A stretch of DNA of 64,000 nucleotides from Spirochaetales bacterium (GCA_030615505.1 JAUWZD010000003.1:5736-69735), one strand, 5' to 3'; positions 50,083 to 60,086 are shown, numbered from the stretch's first letter. Program-made: numbers and translations. The notes: generated by a model not told the origin, from the sequence alone.

Positions 50083-51789
50083 TTATGCTACCATCGCATA
50101 TATGTGCATATGCGAAGTAATGAATATGAAGTTCGTCGGTGGAGTAAGATTCGCATTATATTCAATCCTAATCTGATCCCCGACCACTGTTTTCACATAA
50201 CCCCAGTAAGGCGGTTCTCCGTTAAACAGTCCCATGTCGTAATACTGAGAAAGTTTACCCATAGCAATAGCATCTACCCGTCCAAGCAGAGAGTTTTGCA
50301 TACCCTTGCCGATGAAAGTTTCCTCAACGGCAACCCTGAGATCCCGACTCACAAACAAAGCTTCCCTCATAATGCTGAACTCACACCGTTGTAAATCACT
50401 ACCCTGATAGGTAGTTATTGACCGAGCGGTTACTAAGCGTCCAGCCTTATTCTGAAAGCCTACACATACGCCGTTTTTAATCAGTTGTTCTACTTCCGTA
50501 TCTGTACGTTTTGTTGCCCATCCCAGAATATTGACTCGCTTGTTCGTAGTAGGCTCTGACAGGGCGAGACACGTATACTGTGCCATTTGCATACAGGCAT
50601 AATAGCTCGGCGCCCATGTCTGTATGATACCCTCGCCATCAAATGCATAGAAATTAGGATCGCAGAGCATTCCAGATTCACTACTCAGGGCTTTCGCTCT
50701 GGTTATAACCTGAGCTACTGTTTCGCCTGCAGCGCCACCTAGTAAGAACTGTCTTTCATTTCTCCCGTTGACAGAGTTCATCAGCTCACAGTGATTCTTA
50801 ATCAGCGTATGGATAGCTTCATCCGTAACTGGAGAACTACCGAGCTGGATATCCTCATTCTGTAATGCAGTTAGACTAGTAGGCCATTCGTCTACAGTAT
50901 AAGCCCCATCCGTACCACCTGAGAAATAGACCCAATCTGTATCAGGATCAGGCACTAATCTACTGGTAGTAGCATCATGAAAAGCAGCCTTGCCAATCCA
51001 AGGCATCACATTTAGCTGATCAATAATCGCCTGCAGATCGCTTTTTGCTATATAAGCCAAAGTTTTGATATCCTGAGCACTCACACTATCGAGTTCAATG
51101 CTCTTGTCTTTGGGATTGCTGGTCTTTATCGAGCAAGAATAATTGGCCTGATCATTGATGTAATTAACTATGTCTTCTATTGTGGGAAATGTGGAAAATA
51201 GAACTGTAAGATCATCCGTTGGAGCATCCGTACACGTTGTGGTAAGCTGAGTTTTTGTGATTGTCATGGCAGCAGCAGTACCAGAATTAGAATACTGAAT
51301 CTCAAAACTTTCCTTTTCTATATTATCTTCTACCACCGCTTTGTTAGTCTGAAATTGAATAGTAAGTTTCATTCCAGGAGTAGCATCTTCCAGTTTCATC
51401 TTGACCTGATTACCGTGTAAACCCCAATCCCAGACTGTAACATCGATCATAACATCAGAACTGCTTTTTAATTCTCTGGATGCTTGCTCACCCGGATTGA
51501 CTCTCAAAGCTGCTAATCTCTGAGGTACTAATCCTTCACCTGGATTGAAAGCTAACCGTATTGCATCCAGCAAAGGACCTCCTCTCAGAATTTCCTCTGC
51601 CTCTGCTGGGGAACCGAACCATAGCAATTTATTTGGCTCTCCACCTCGACAATCGCCCATAATTACGCCATTACTGGCACTGACTAGCCCTCCTGCTCCC
51701 TTTACGAAATCCAGTCTTGAATATGCTCCAGGGATATAATGCTGGCTAATCTGCCCACCTGATTGAAATACTGCTGGTTGTACACCCAT
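50083..51789 (-). CDS. contractile tail sheath protein
   Basis: 568 aa. N-terminal IPGAYSRLD... is sheath-like. It precedes the tube gene. Confidence 0.7.
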   Translation of the reverse strand: MGVQPAVFQSGGQISQHYIPGAYSRLDFVKGAGGLVSASNGVIMGDCRGGEPNKLLWFGSPAEAEEILRGGPLLDAIRLAFNPGEGLVPQRLAALRVNPGEQASRELKSSSDVMIDVTVWDWGLHGNQVKMKLEDATPGMKLTIQFQTNKAVVEDNIEKESFEIQYSNSGTAAAMTITKTQLTTTCTDAPTDDLTVLFSTFPTIEDIVNYINDQANYSCSIKTSNPKDKSIELDSVSAQDIKTLAYIAKSDLQAIIDQLNVMPWIGKAAFHDATTSRLVPDPDTDWVYFSGGTDGAYTVDEWPTSLTALQNEDIQLGSSPVTDEAIHTLIKNHCELMNSVNGRNERQFLLGGAAGETVAQVITRAKALSSESGMLCDPNFYAFDGEGIIQTWAPSYYACMQMAQYTCLALSEPTTNKRVNILGWATKRTDTEVEQLIKNGVCVGFQNKAGRLVTARSITTYQGSDLQRCEFSIMREALFVSRDLRVAVEETFIGKGMQNSLLGRVDAIAMGKLSQYYDMGLFNGEPPYWGYVKTVVGDQIRIEYNANLTPPTNFIFITSHMHIYAMVA

Positions 51790-51805
51790 ATATAACCTCC
51801 TCTTT

Positions 51806-51991
51806 TTATTCTATTTTTCTAGTGAGCGTGGTTTGAATAAGTTCTTTCCACTCTTTTTCGGTTCTAAGATTTTTTCCAAGAAGATCTATAAGCATTTTCT
51901 CAATTTGCTGATCATATTTTTCCTCTTGTTTATTGAGATATTTCTGAATACTGAGCTTGATTATTAACCTTTCTTTTTTAGGACGACCCAT
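51806..51991 (-). CDS. hypothetical small protein
   Basis: 61-aa ORF. Confidence 0.35.
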   Translation of the reverse strand: MGRPKKERLIIKLSIQKYLNKQEEKYDQQIEKMLIDLLGKNLRTEKEWKELIQTTLTRKIE

Positions 51992-52694
51992 ATCCTATCT
52001 CCTTATACGTATGATCAACCCCAGCTATAGTCTTAATCTCCGTATTAACAAAATATTGATTCAAAGGATAATCAGCGGGAATGCCGATCATTCCCCCGAA
52101 ATACATCTTGCCGAAATCAAAATTATAATTACCGGATCGCTGTCCATTTAACTGTTCTTCAAACAATTTCACGCTATAGATTTCATCTATTTCGTATCGT
52201 TTTTTGCCGACAAAAAAGGCATAAACTAAATCGTATATTTTATTTTTTAGCTGAGGATTATCTGTCCAGACCTCAATAGAAATCGCAGCCCTTCTCATTG
52301 TACCCGTCCCTTCACTCCAACTGTACTCATTTGCTTGAATAAAGGTCTTTAAAGCTTCCAGATCAGCATCAGGAACCAAATATAGTTCCCGATTGTTTTC
52401 AATATCCTTAATCTCATCTATAGTGATTTTCTTCGGATGAAGTAAAGGTTTAAGCTCCACAGGTTTCGTATCATTTGTTACAACTATGGTTATTGAGGGA
52501 AAGAGATCATTTGGAATAGGAGTGTTGTTAATCTCCTTATCAAAAAGAAAGGCAAACGGATGAGTAAGGTCTATCCTGATATTGGCATAGTTAGGATACA
52601 TACTCCCGAACTTAATCTCATCCCTGAAATACTCTCTCATTTGTTTTAATAGTATTTCCTCAACATCTGGACAGAAGGTTATTACATACTTCAT
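51978..52694 (-). CDS. neck/tail-completion protein (by position)
   Basis: 238-aa ORF between the head and sheath modules. Confidence 0.35.
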   Translation of the reverse strand: MKYVITFCPDVEEILLKQMREYFRDEIKFGSMYPNYANIRIDLTHPFAFLFDKEINNTPIPNDLFPSITIVVTNDTKPVELKPLLHPKKITIDEIKDIENNRELYLVPDADLEALKTFIQANEYSWSEGTGTMRRAAISIEVWTDNPQLKNKIYDLVYAFFVGKKRYEIDEIYSVKLFEEQLNGQRSGNYNFDFGKMYFGGMIGIPADYPLNQYFVNTEIKTIAGVDHTYKEIGYGSS

Positions 52695-53533
52695 AAGCCC
52701 AGATCCTTTCTTAAACCGTATTCAATCAGATTTTCCACATCTTCCTTTGAAACATCCCAGATAGCCTGAGTAATGTGCATGGCTGGCATAGCAGGTTTCA
52801 TCCAGGACCCCTCGGGAGAATCTTCGCTGATCACCCGGAAGGTAAAATAGGTACTATGTGTAGCCCTGGGAGTCCCCGTATCAAAGACAACCATACCCTC
52901 AAGATTGGCAAACTCTACCTTCAGTCCTCTTAACCGACCTCCCCAGGAATAAGTCGCCCGGGGTATCATCTCACCGCTGATATTCGGTTCATATTTGCCA
53001 GATCCTTCGGGTGCGGCCGTTACAGCACTCTTTTCAAACTCCCCCTTTTTGATTAATCCCTGAATCATCCTGTAAATAATGTCTGGCATGGGATTGCCCT
53101 GAGCTTTGGGCGTATGATGTCTAAAGGGAATGATTAAATAGCCTACTTTTCTCTCTCCTCCTCCTTTGATTTTCTTGATAGCTACCCTGGACTTTCTGCC
53201 AAAAGGATGAGTTGTTTTAAAATCAACCCCTCTGGTTCCCTCTTCCAGCCATTTAGCAACGTCGGCCTCCGAGTAAACTTCCCAGTCAAAGGGAGAAAAT
53301 TGTCTGACTTTGATTGACCTTGCGTACCCTCCAGAGGGATTTTTTAACCGATGGGGGAACCCTTTTAATGGATTACCCGAGGCAAAAGATTTCCACTGTG
53401 GCATTAGTATCTTAGTAACTGCATATCGGAAAGCATCTGCAGTGGCCGGCATGCTCTTCTTGCCTACGGCTTCTAGGTTGCTTATGAGATTAGAGAAGTT
53501 TTCGTCCATAGCACTGACAGTAATTCTTATCAT
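52691..53533 (-). CDS. neck/head-tail joining protein (by position)
   Basis: The ATG at 53533 is preferred. The track TTG start at 53611 would read through an intrinsic terminator hairpin. Confidence 0.4.
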   Translation of the reverse strand: MIRITVSAMDENFSNLISNLEAVGKKSMPATADAFRYAVTKILMPQWKSFASGNPLKGFPHRLKNPSGGYARSIKVRQFSPFDWEVYSEADVAKWLEEGTRGVDFKTTHPFGRKSRVAIKKIKGGGERKVGYLIIPFRHHTPKAQGNPMPDIIYRMIQGLIKKGEFEKSAVTAAPEGSGKYEPNISGEMIPRATYSWGGRLRGLKVEFANLEGMVVFDTGTPRATHSTYFTFRVISEDSPEGSWMKPAMPAMHITQAIWDVSKEDVENLIEYGLRKDLGL

Positions 53534-53544
53534 GGCCCCAAAAT

Positions 53545-53587
53545 AAAAAAGCCGAGAAATTCCAAATTTCCCTTGAAATCTCTCGGC
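53545..53587 (-). terminator. rho-independent terminator (bidirectional shape)
   Basis: Stem GCCGAGA (53551-57) / TCTCGGC (53581-87) with 3 further pairs after one mismatch. Flanked by A6 and T7 runs. Confidence 0.55.
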
Positions 53588-53663
53588 TTTTTTTGCAATA
53601 CCGAATTTCAAAAAATATTTACTATACGTTAATATTTTACTCTTTTATTCTGTTCTAATCAAG

Positions 53664-55199
53664 CTATATTCCCTCGTTTACATTCCCTCCCGCACTAAAC
53701 AGTTTAATTGCCACCCTTTTAGGCAGTCTCTGATTCTCAGCCGACCTTACCCCCGGAAACTCCCGTAAAACCCGGTATGTGGGATAAAAATCGAATAAAA
53801 CGTACATATTCTCCCCCGCAACCGGAGTATTACCGATCCATTTAATCCTATTTCTGTCAAACAGAATATAGTCGGTTCCCTTTACATATTCTGCGGCCAG
53901 AGTCTCAATAGATTGTACTTCAGACACATAAAATTCCGGGATCCTATCATAGTAGCCTATAATATCGTCTACTACATTCGTCGAGTCTGCGGCGCCATGC
54001 ACATCATCGGTCGTTAATATCCTGTGAGCTTCATATCCAGTCTTGATCGCCCCGGCCATGGTAGAAATTTCAGTCCAGGTGGCACCTTCCTCGAGATCCT
54101 CTTCTGTAACGGGATTAGTTTCATCAGCCGCCCCATGTACGCTGTCTACCAGCGCACAGTGAGCGTTGAACTGTGTTTTCAAATCATTTGTCAGCGTAAT
54201 AGCCGTTGCCTTTGTATCTGCATCGGCCGCGGTCACTGCATTTGTATTATCAGCCGCCCCATGAACTCCACCCGTAGTAAAGACTCGGTGAGCTTCATAC
54301 TCTACTTTCAACTCATTTAATAGAGCATATATCTCTTCTGGTACCGTACTATCGGACTCAGCCGTTGATTTCGTTAGGATTCTCTTCTGTGTTTGAGTAC
54401 CTATCAGTAGGGTAATCACGTCCCCCTCGCCCACCCTGCAATAACTGGGGAAGGTCAAAGATGCGTCCCCACCGAGCTCGGCCAGCCATTCTTGATCGGT
54501 TTTCCTCGCCATTTGACTGACAACCAGAAACTTAAACGGGGGCAGATAGGTAATCTCTGCCTTAATAACATCCGTTGGCTCCGGTTCTATTGATGGTTCT
54601 TCGGTGATTATCTTGTTTCTGTAGAAACTGAATACGGTATATTCTTCTGCCTTAGTCTCGTTCTCAATCTTGACCACGGACAGAATATCTCCGGTTATTT
54701 CCCCATATTCAGTAAGAATGTAAATATCAGCCTCAAACTGATTATTTCCCAGATACTTACAGTCTACGGTTAGGGTTTCATATAGTAATCTGGTATAAGA
54801 CGCTTTGAGGAATTCGTTTTTATACGGCTTTCTCTCGCCCAAGAAAGTAATATAGTTCCCCTCAACGCTTACGATTGTATATTTTTCTTCCCTTCGATAA
54901 TCCATTAGCGAAATCACGCTATTAATGGTATCCTCAGTCCTAACCCTGCAGACCCAATCGCTCGTTACAACCGCGTCTTGATCGTAAATATCTGCACTTT
55001 TCTGAAAGTCATATTTAAAACCATCACCTTTGCAATATTGACAATGTAAATCAGGTCTACCAGTATCAAGTATGCATGAGCATTTCTCCCCTATCATCCA
55101 GCGTATCCACTGACCTTGGCGAGTTATTAAGGCTTCATGGGTTTCTCGGGATAATCTTAGTTTGATGGGTGAATATTTGCTAAGACCTTTAATACTCAT
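53664..55199 (-). CDS. virion-module protein with N-terminal Cys4 cluster and 3 x ~40-aa VHGAAD repeats
   Basis: CSC...CQYC. Repeats YEAHRVFTTGGVHGAADNTNAV / FNAHCALVDSVHGAADETNPV / YEAHRILTTDDVHGAADSTNVV. Confidence 0.45.
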   Translation of the reverse strand: MSIKGLSKYSPIKLRLSRETHEALITRQGQWIRWMIGEKCSCILDTGRPDLHCQYCKGDGFKYDFQKSADIYDQDAVVTSDWVCRVRTEDTINSVISLMDYRREEKYTIVSVEGNYITFLGERKPYKNEFLKASYTRLLYETLTVDCKYLGNNQFEADIYILTEYGEITGDILSVVKIENETKAEEYTVFSFYRNKIITEEPSIEPEPTDVIKAEITYLPPFKFLVVSQMARKTDQEWLAELGGDASLTFPSYCRVGEGDVITLLIGTQTQKRILTKSTAESDSTVPEEIYALLNELKVEYEAHRVFTTGGVHGAADNTNAVTAADADTKATAITLTNDLKTQFNAHCALVDSVHGAADETNPVTEEDLEEGATWTEISTMAGAIKTGYEAHRILTTDDVHGAADSTNVVDDIIGYYDRIPEFYVSEVQSIETLAAEYVKGTDYILFDRNRIKWIGNTPVAGENMYVLFDFYPTYRVLREFPGVRSAENQRLPKRVAIKLFSAGGNVNEGI

Positions 55200-56326
55200 A
55201 TTGAACCTATGATAAATCTCGCAAACTTATTTCTATTATTTTTAATATATCTCTCTATTTCGTCACCATAGATTTTAATACGCGCGCCAAAATATGGGTT
55301 CTCAACGCCCTGCGTACTCGAGAAACTTTCTGCAATACCATCCATAGACAAACTACTTGATGAAAAACCTGCCAGTAAACCATCACCTACAATCGCCAGA
55401 AGCCTCATGGCAGCCCATTTGCCCATTACATCTCTAAGGTCATCTGGAATCAATCCTGCGTGCTTCCGTCCCACGCAATAGTCCACGCGGTAGGCGTGAG
55501 GATAATTGACGCCTGAGAAATATAATCCCGCAGCGGTAAAATGGATACCCAGACTTGTCTGTATCGTACCGGTCGGTCCAGCTTTAGGAAAGAAATGAAT
55601 AACTCCCTTCCGATGATCAATCCGTATCCATGGTAATAGATTCAATATTCTTAGGCCAGTTATAGCACAAAAATCAAATCTTTCCACGGATAGAATGGGT
55701 GCTCTCCGCAAGGTGATATGTCCGACTCTCGTCCATCTGTGCGGATTATACGGATATGGATCCTCCGCAAAATCATAATCCAATCCCTCAGTAAGTGAAT
55801 CATCTGGCTGGCAAAGCACTTTCTTTTTATGGATTTTTATATTCAGAGTTCGCTCAAACTCAGCTACCGTAGATTTGATTGTATATCGTATCTGTTGATC
55901 CGTAAAACTCTCACCGTTTGAAGCTCTGAAATCAATGCCCCAAAGGAAATGAAACCTCAAATCGTCCGCAGTCAACACCTCCCCAAATTGCTCTTCAGGC
56001 GGTTCATAGTTCTCAAACGTCCAGCCTACTTTCTCATCACCGATATTCACCCAATCGCCGTATTCATAATCTGAGGGATCGCCGACTGTGTATTCTATTC
56101 GATAGCGGTATTGATAGAGTCCTGCAGGTAAGTCATAGTCTGTGAATCGGGTAGAGGTTAAGAGTTCGGGGTCCCCAATGTCGGTCCACTGAGTACCGTC
56201 CCAGAATAACCAGGATCCATCAAGTATCTTTCTTTCCAGACGATAACCTGAAAAGTTATCTTGTCCTGAAGCATCTTCTAATGTTATGACAACATCTAGA
56301 TTAATCTTGATTGCTGTGATTTGCAT
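55196..56326 (-). CDS. virion-module protein with N-terminal FN3-like domain
   Basis: YRLERK...YQYRYRIEY beta-sandwich-like pattern. ATGA coupling to the next gene. Confidence 0.4.
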   Translation of the reverse strand: MQITAIKINLDVVITLEDASGQDNFSGYRLERKILDGSWLFWDGTQWTDIGDPELLTSTRFTDYDLPAGLYQYRYRIEYTVGDPSDYEYGDWVNIGDEKVGWTFENYEPPEEQFGEVLTADDLRFHFLWGIDFRASNGESFTDQQIRYTIKSTVAEFERTLNIKIHKKKVLCQPDDSLTEGLDYDFAEDPYPYNPHRWTRVGHITLRRAPILSVERFDFCAITGLRILNLLPWIRIDHRKGVIHFFPKAGPTGTIQTSLGIHFTAAGLYFSGVNYPHAYRVDYCVGRKHAGLIPDDLRDVMGKWAAMRLLAIVGDGLLAGFSSSSLSMDGIAESFSSTQGVENPYFGARIKIYGDEIERYIKNNRNKFARFIIGSI

Positions 56327-56343
56327 GAGATTAGCCTTTTGAG

Positions 56344-56369
56344 AAAAAAGGGGAAGTCAAACTTCCCCC
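56344..56369 (-). terminator. rho-independent terminator
   Basis: On the minus strand, GGGGAAGT-TTG-ACTTCCCC followed by T6, 5 nt after the stop of 56374..56679. Confidence 0.6.
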
Positions 56370-56373
56370 GATA

Positions 56374-56679
56374 TTAAACTTTCTTATAGCCTGGCACCTT
56401 CAAAAAGTGCTCATATTCTGCTTTGCTCACCACCGCAATTCCATCTTCGTCAAATACGGCTGGTTTCCCCGGTGTTATTCCATAAACGGATTGACCTGCT
56501 CTCACAAGATTTTTAATCTGAAATTTAGAACTTCCAGATTTTTTATCTTTTTTATCGTCCTTGGGATCGAGAGCTGAAGGATTCTCCGGGAGGTCGGTTT
56601 CGGGATTATCATTCTGATCACCCGAAGGATTTACGGGAAGATCAGCTTGCGGATTATCATTCTTATTTTTTCTCTTCAT
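56374..56679 (-). CDS. hypothetical protein with NDNP-x-DLP-x-NPS repeat
   Basis: 101-aa ORF. NDNPQADLPVNPS / NDNPETDLPENPS. Confidence 0.4.
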   Translation of the reverse strand: MKRKNKNDNPQADLPVNPSGDQNDNPETDLPENPSALDPKDDKKDKKSGSSKFQIKNLVRAGQSVYGITPGKPAVFDEDGIAVVSKAEYEHFLKVPGYKKV

Positions 56680-56689
56680 TAATTACTCC

Positions 56690-57139
56690 TTATCTCTTGA
56701 CCGCTAGTATGGTTACTAAGCCTTTTACTCCAGCAATACCATTACCAGAAGCGCAGACAATTTCCAGGGTATCACCCTTTGAAATTGTTGAGTAGTCATC
56801 ATCAATAGTACCAGCCCGATCTATGGCATTGTCAGTCGCACAGACTATTGCATCCGTAATAACGTCGGCACCTTTTAATTGCATGGTTCCACCCGTAACA
56901 GTTCCCCTGGCCTGAATAATCACATCCAGGATTTCAAAATCAAACGGAGCATCGGCATTAAAAATCTCTAAACCGCTGGCCGCACCGATTGTAACCTCAT
57001 ATTCTATGATGATCGGGAAAAAGACTTCAGTCTCTAACTCGCCCTTTTCCAGTTTTTCCAGTTTATTACCCAGTTTGACCCCGCCCAGCATCGGACAACT
57101 GCGATTAAGCCTAGCTAACTCTTTTTCACTGAATATCAT
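56690..57139 (-). CDS. possible head decoration/accessory protein
   Basis: 149 aa, immediately downstream of the major capsid gene. Positional inference only. Confidence 0.35.
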   Translation of the reverse strand: MIFSEKELARLNRSCPMLGGVKLGNKLEKLEKGELETEVFFPIIIEYEVTIGAASGLEIFNADAPFDFEILDVIIQARGTVTGGTMQLKGADVITDAIVCATDNAIDRAGTIDDDYSTISKGDTLEIVCASGNGIAGVKGLVTILAVKR

Positions 57140-57204
57140 AATTGTCTCCTTTAAAGTTAAAGTAAGGAAGGGAGAATATTCCCCTCCTTATTCCTCCTTT
57201 CTCC

Positions 57205-58602
57205 TTAGAACCAGTTCATGGTCCGATAGCCGACGTTCTTGACCATCCCGTGATACCAAGGAACCTTGATATCTAATGCGCCAAATAAAACGATCAAGAA
57301 TGGGATAATTGCTGCGTTGGTTGGAAATAAATCAAATTTCATGAGCGGCATGAACTGATCCCACTGGGCGGCTGGTTGCATACTGTCCTCGCTAACCATA
57401 ACAAGCTCACCGGTCCCCGGTAACCACTCGTCTACGTCATTCGTAATAACGTCTGTGGCCGCCGTAGCTGAAGTTGCAACTTTATACATCTCACGGCAAT
57501 CCGTACCATCCGCAGCATCTTTCTTAGACCGACAGACGATATATCCGGTTTGATCATCATCCGCATGAGGAGTAATGGTGATCTCTACCATTTGTCCAGC
57601 GGTTGGAGCCGCAGAAGCCGCCACACACCCAGCAGAAATACCGGTCTTGCTGATAGCGAAAACCTGATAGTAGTAAGTTCCGGCAGTTTCAGCGGTAAAC
57701 CCACAAGCTCCAGCAGTTTTAGCCTTAGCCAGCAGAGCCATAGTAGGCGCACCAGGTGGTTCATCACCTATAGTCACTGGCAGGGCTTTCACCCTGAAGA
57801 ACTTGTCCGGTCCAGCAGCCTCCCCAGCGACTAGAATATCACCACTGAATGGCGTAGGATAAGCTTCGATTACCATCGAACCCAGCCGATCATTCGGGTT
57901 AGTTCTTAATCTGTCTTTGATCAGATCTTGAATATCCCGAGAGATAACAGGCGGCGTAAAAGCGTGAGTAGCATAACCACCGGCTTCATAAATCATCCGG
58001 GCAAGATCAGATATAGCATTTTCTCCGTCGGCCGCGGTCATATCTTTACCGCGCAGGTCTACAATATTTTGCTTGGTTGTAGCGGCGGCAAGAATCTGGT
58101 TCTGAATGCTGTCAAACTGCTCGGGTACAGCATCTTTGTCACCGTGAAAACAACCTAACTCACAACCTTTCAGAATTGTAAGAGTCCCAGCCTCTTTTTC
58201 AGAAGCTTCAGCATCTTCCAGGGTGGTGGCAGCTCTCATCTGCAGGGTAAGCTTACGGTAAGTCTGCATGTACTTCATCGGCATGGTGATTCTTGCGAGA
58301 GTCTGAGAGGTCTCAATCGAATCTTCACCTTCTCCGACGAAGATCAGTCTTTCATCCCCAACATCCTCTCGGCGGGTATACTCATGAATGGTAGAAGTAA
58401 CAGGCTGTTTCTTCAGCAAGTTCATGAGCTTGAAATCCTGTCGTTTGAATGTTAGAGCATGAACTAGAGTTTTTTCGATATCTTGCGGAATAAGCGCACG
58501 ACCACCTGCCATGGCAGCCGCATCGGTTTCATATCCCGCTTCCAGGGCTTTCATTAAGTCGTTGACTGCCCCGACCTTAAAATCAACATCGTGTAAAAAC
58601 AT
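57205..58602 (-). CDS. major capsid protein
   Basis: 465 aa, directly after the protease/scaffold gene, followed by hairpins. The N-terminal motif is shared with the scaffold protein. Confidence 0.6.
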   Translation of the reverse strand: MFLHDVDFKVGAVNDLMKALEAGYETDAAAMAGGRALIPQDIEKTLVHALTFKRQDFKLMNLLKKQPVTSTIHEYTRREDVGDERLIFVGEGEDSIETSQTLARITMPMKYMQTYRKLTLQMRAATTLEDAEASEKEAGTLTILKGCELGCFHGDKDAVPEQFDSIQNQILAAATTKQNIVDLRGKDMTAADGENAISDLARMIYEAGGYATHAFTPPVISRDIQDLIKDRLRTNPNDRLGSMVIEAYPTPFSGDILVAGEAAGPDKFFRVKALPVTIGDEPPGAPTMALLAKAKTAGACGFTAETAGTYYYQVFAISKTGISAGCVAASAAPTAGQMVEITITPHADDDQTGYIVCRSKKDAADGTDCREMYKVATSATAATDVITNDVDEWLPGTGELVMVSEDSMQPAAQWDQFMPLMKFDLFPTNAAIIPFLIVLFGALDIKVPWYHGMVKNVGYRTMNWF

Positions 58603-58625
58603 ATTCTATAACCTCCTTTTCTTCT

Positions 58626-60038
58626 TTAATCAATAGATTTCAAAATCCGAAGATCTTCGTCGGCGATAGCGATTCCCTTGTTGAGTCTATCTTCAAGAAT
58701 GCTGTGTTTCCTCAACGTTATTTTCCCTTTTTCTAGAGCGAGTCCAGCCTTCTTTAAGATTTCCTGTCGGCCCATGACAACCTCTTTGCCGTCATCACCG
58801 AGAAACTTACGTTCGGATTTCTTGAGGACAGATTTCCGGGCTTCTGGCTTATCGCCCAAGCTCTTGGTAAACTTCATGGTTGCACCGAGAGCTTTACCAA
58901 TAGCCTCATTCTTCTGTTCCTGAGCGTCAAATCGTTTTTCAAGAGCCTCAAACTTATCAGACATGCTCTTAACAAAACTTTTCAGAAACTTTGAAACGTC
59001 AAGGAGTTCCTCTTCTTCCTCTTCAACCTTTTCAAGAAGAGATTTTTTAGCCGTTTTCTTCAATCTTTCCTCTTCTTCCTTCTTCTTCTTCTCTTCCTCT
59101 TCTTCAGGCGATAGAGGCGGAGTCTCGGGCGGAATCTCAGGAGGGATAGTAGGCTCCTCTTCCTTCTTTTTCTCGCCCTTCATAGCCTTTTCGAGTTCCT
59201 CTATAGACTCGTCAAAGGCTTTTTCAAGAGTTTCATCACCCATAATATTCACTCCTTTTTTTACAAAATTTTTCTTCTGCACTATTAACTTGAGAATCTG
59301 GTCGGTATCCTCTTCTGAATACCCTCGATTCTTCAAAAATTGCCTTGCTTCATCTACAGTCTTTATGTCTCCAAAAGTTAGAGCCATAACTACCGCAGTA
59401 ATATTTTTCTTATCTTTGCCGCCTTCAAGATCCTCTGGAATCAAAGCCTGTCCACCTGTCATTTTGGCGGCATCCGTTTCATAGCCTGCCTGCAGGCTCT
59501 TAACAAAACCTTTTGAAGATAAACTTGCAGGCATCAACGTTTGATTGACTGGCTTGTATGTTAAAGCCAATTCATCCCATGCCACGCTTACCACTTTTTC
59601 CACAAACTTTCTTAATTTGTTATCAAAGACTTTCTTTATGACAGGTTTTTTCCCGGCTATACTTGTTTTAACAAGCTTAGAACCGTCTTTAAGCTTGCTA
59701 ATGATTTCCTGTACAATCTTGTTTGATTTATATAAAAGAGCTTTTACAAAAGTCTTATCTCCAGATTTTTTAACTTCTAGTGGCTCCCCGATGATATATT
59801 TCTCAGAATTCCAGTCTTTCTCCCCCGGAACCGGTTTTAGATGCCTATGATCGTAAGAGACTAGACCATTTTGAAGAAAGTAATCCTTCGATTCTAACAG
59901 CGCACGTTGTAGAACCTGCTGTTCTTCATAATCAAGATTCTCATTTGAAGCCTCGGCCCAGATGATATAATTACCATTGGCATCCGTTTCGATAGACTTT
60001 GAGAGTATAAGTTCTAAAAAGACTTCTTTTTCTTCCAT
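58626..60038 (-). CDS. prohead protease / scaffold fusion protein
   Basis: N-terminal ...NYIIWAEASNENLDYEEQ...VSYDHRH resembles S78/U35-type prohead proteases. The C-terminal E/K-rich coiled coil is scaffold-like. The track TTG start at 60080 lies inside a terminator hairpin, so I use the ATG at 60038. Confidence 0.5.
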   Translation of the reverse strand: MEEKEVFLELILSKSIETDANGNYIIWAEASNENLDYEEQQVLQRALLESKDYFLQNGLVSYDHRHLKPVPGEKDWNSEKYIIGEPLEVKKSGDKTFVKALLYKSNKIVQEIISKLKDGSKLVKTSIAGKKPVIKKVFDNKLRKFVEKVVSVAWDELALTYKPVNQTLMPASLSSKGFVKSLQAGYETDAAKMTGGQALIPEDLEGGKDKKNITAVVMALTFGDIKTVDEARQFLKNRGYSEEDTDQILKLIVQKKNFVKKGVNIMGDETLEKAFDESIEELEKAMKGEKKKEEEPTIPPEIPPETPPLSPEEEEEKKKKEEEERLKKTAKKSLLEKVEEEEEELLDVSKFLKSFVKSMSDKFEALEKRFDAQEQKNEAIGKALGATMKFTKSLGDKPEARKSVLKKSERKFLGDDGKEVVMGRQEILKKAGLALEKGKITLRKHSILEDRLNKGIAIADEDLRILKSID

Positions 60039-60052
60039 AAAGCCCGGAAAAT

Positions 60053-60086
60053 AAAAAAAGCCAGCTGCCCCGAAGGACAATCGGCC
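60053..60086 (-). terminator. candidate rho-independent terminator
   Basis: On the minus strand, GGCC..TGTCC-TTCG-GGGCA..GGC followed by T7 (60059-60053). Imperfect lower stem. Confidence 0.4.

Noticed and set aside
58963-59484. 173-aa plus-strand Ser/Phe-rich ORF
   Set aside because: It is the mirror image of the Glu/Lys-rich scaffold coding region (GAA/AAG versus TTC/CTT), so it is a low-complexity artefact.
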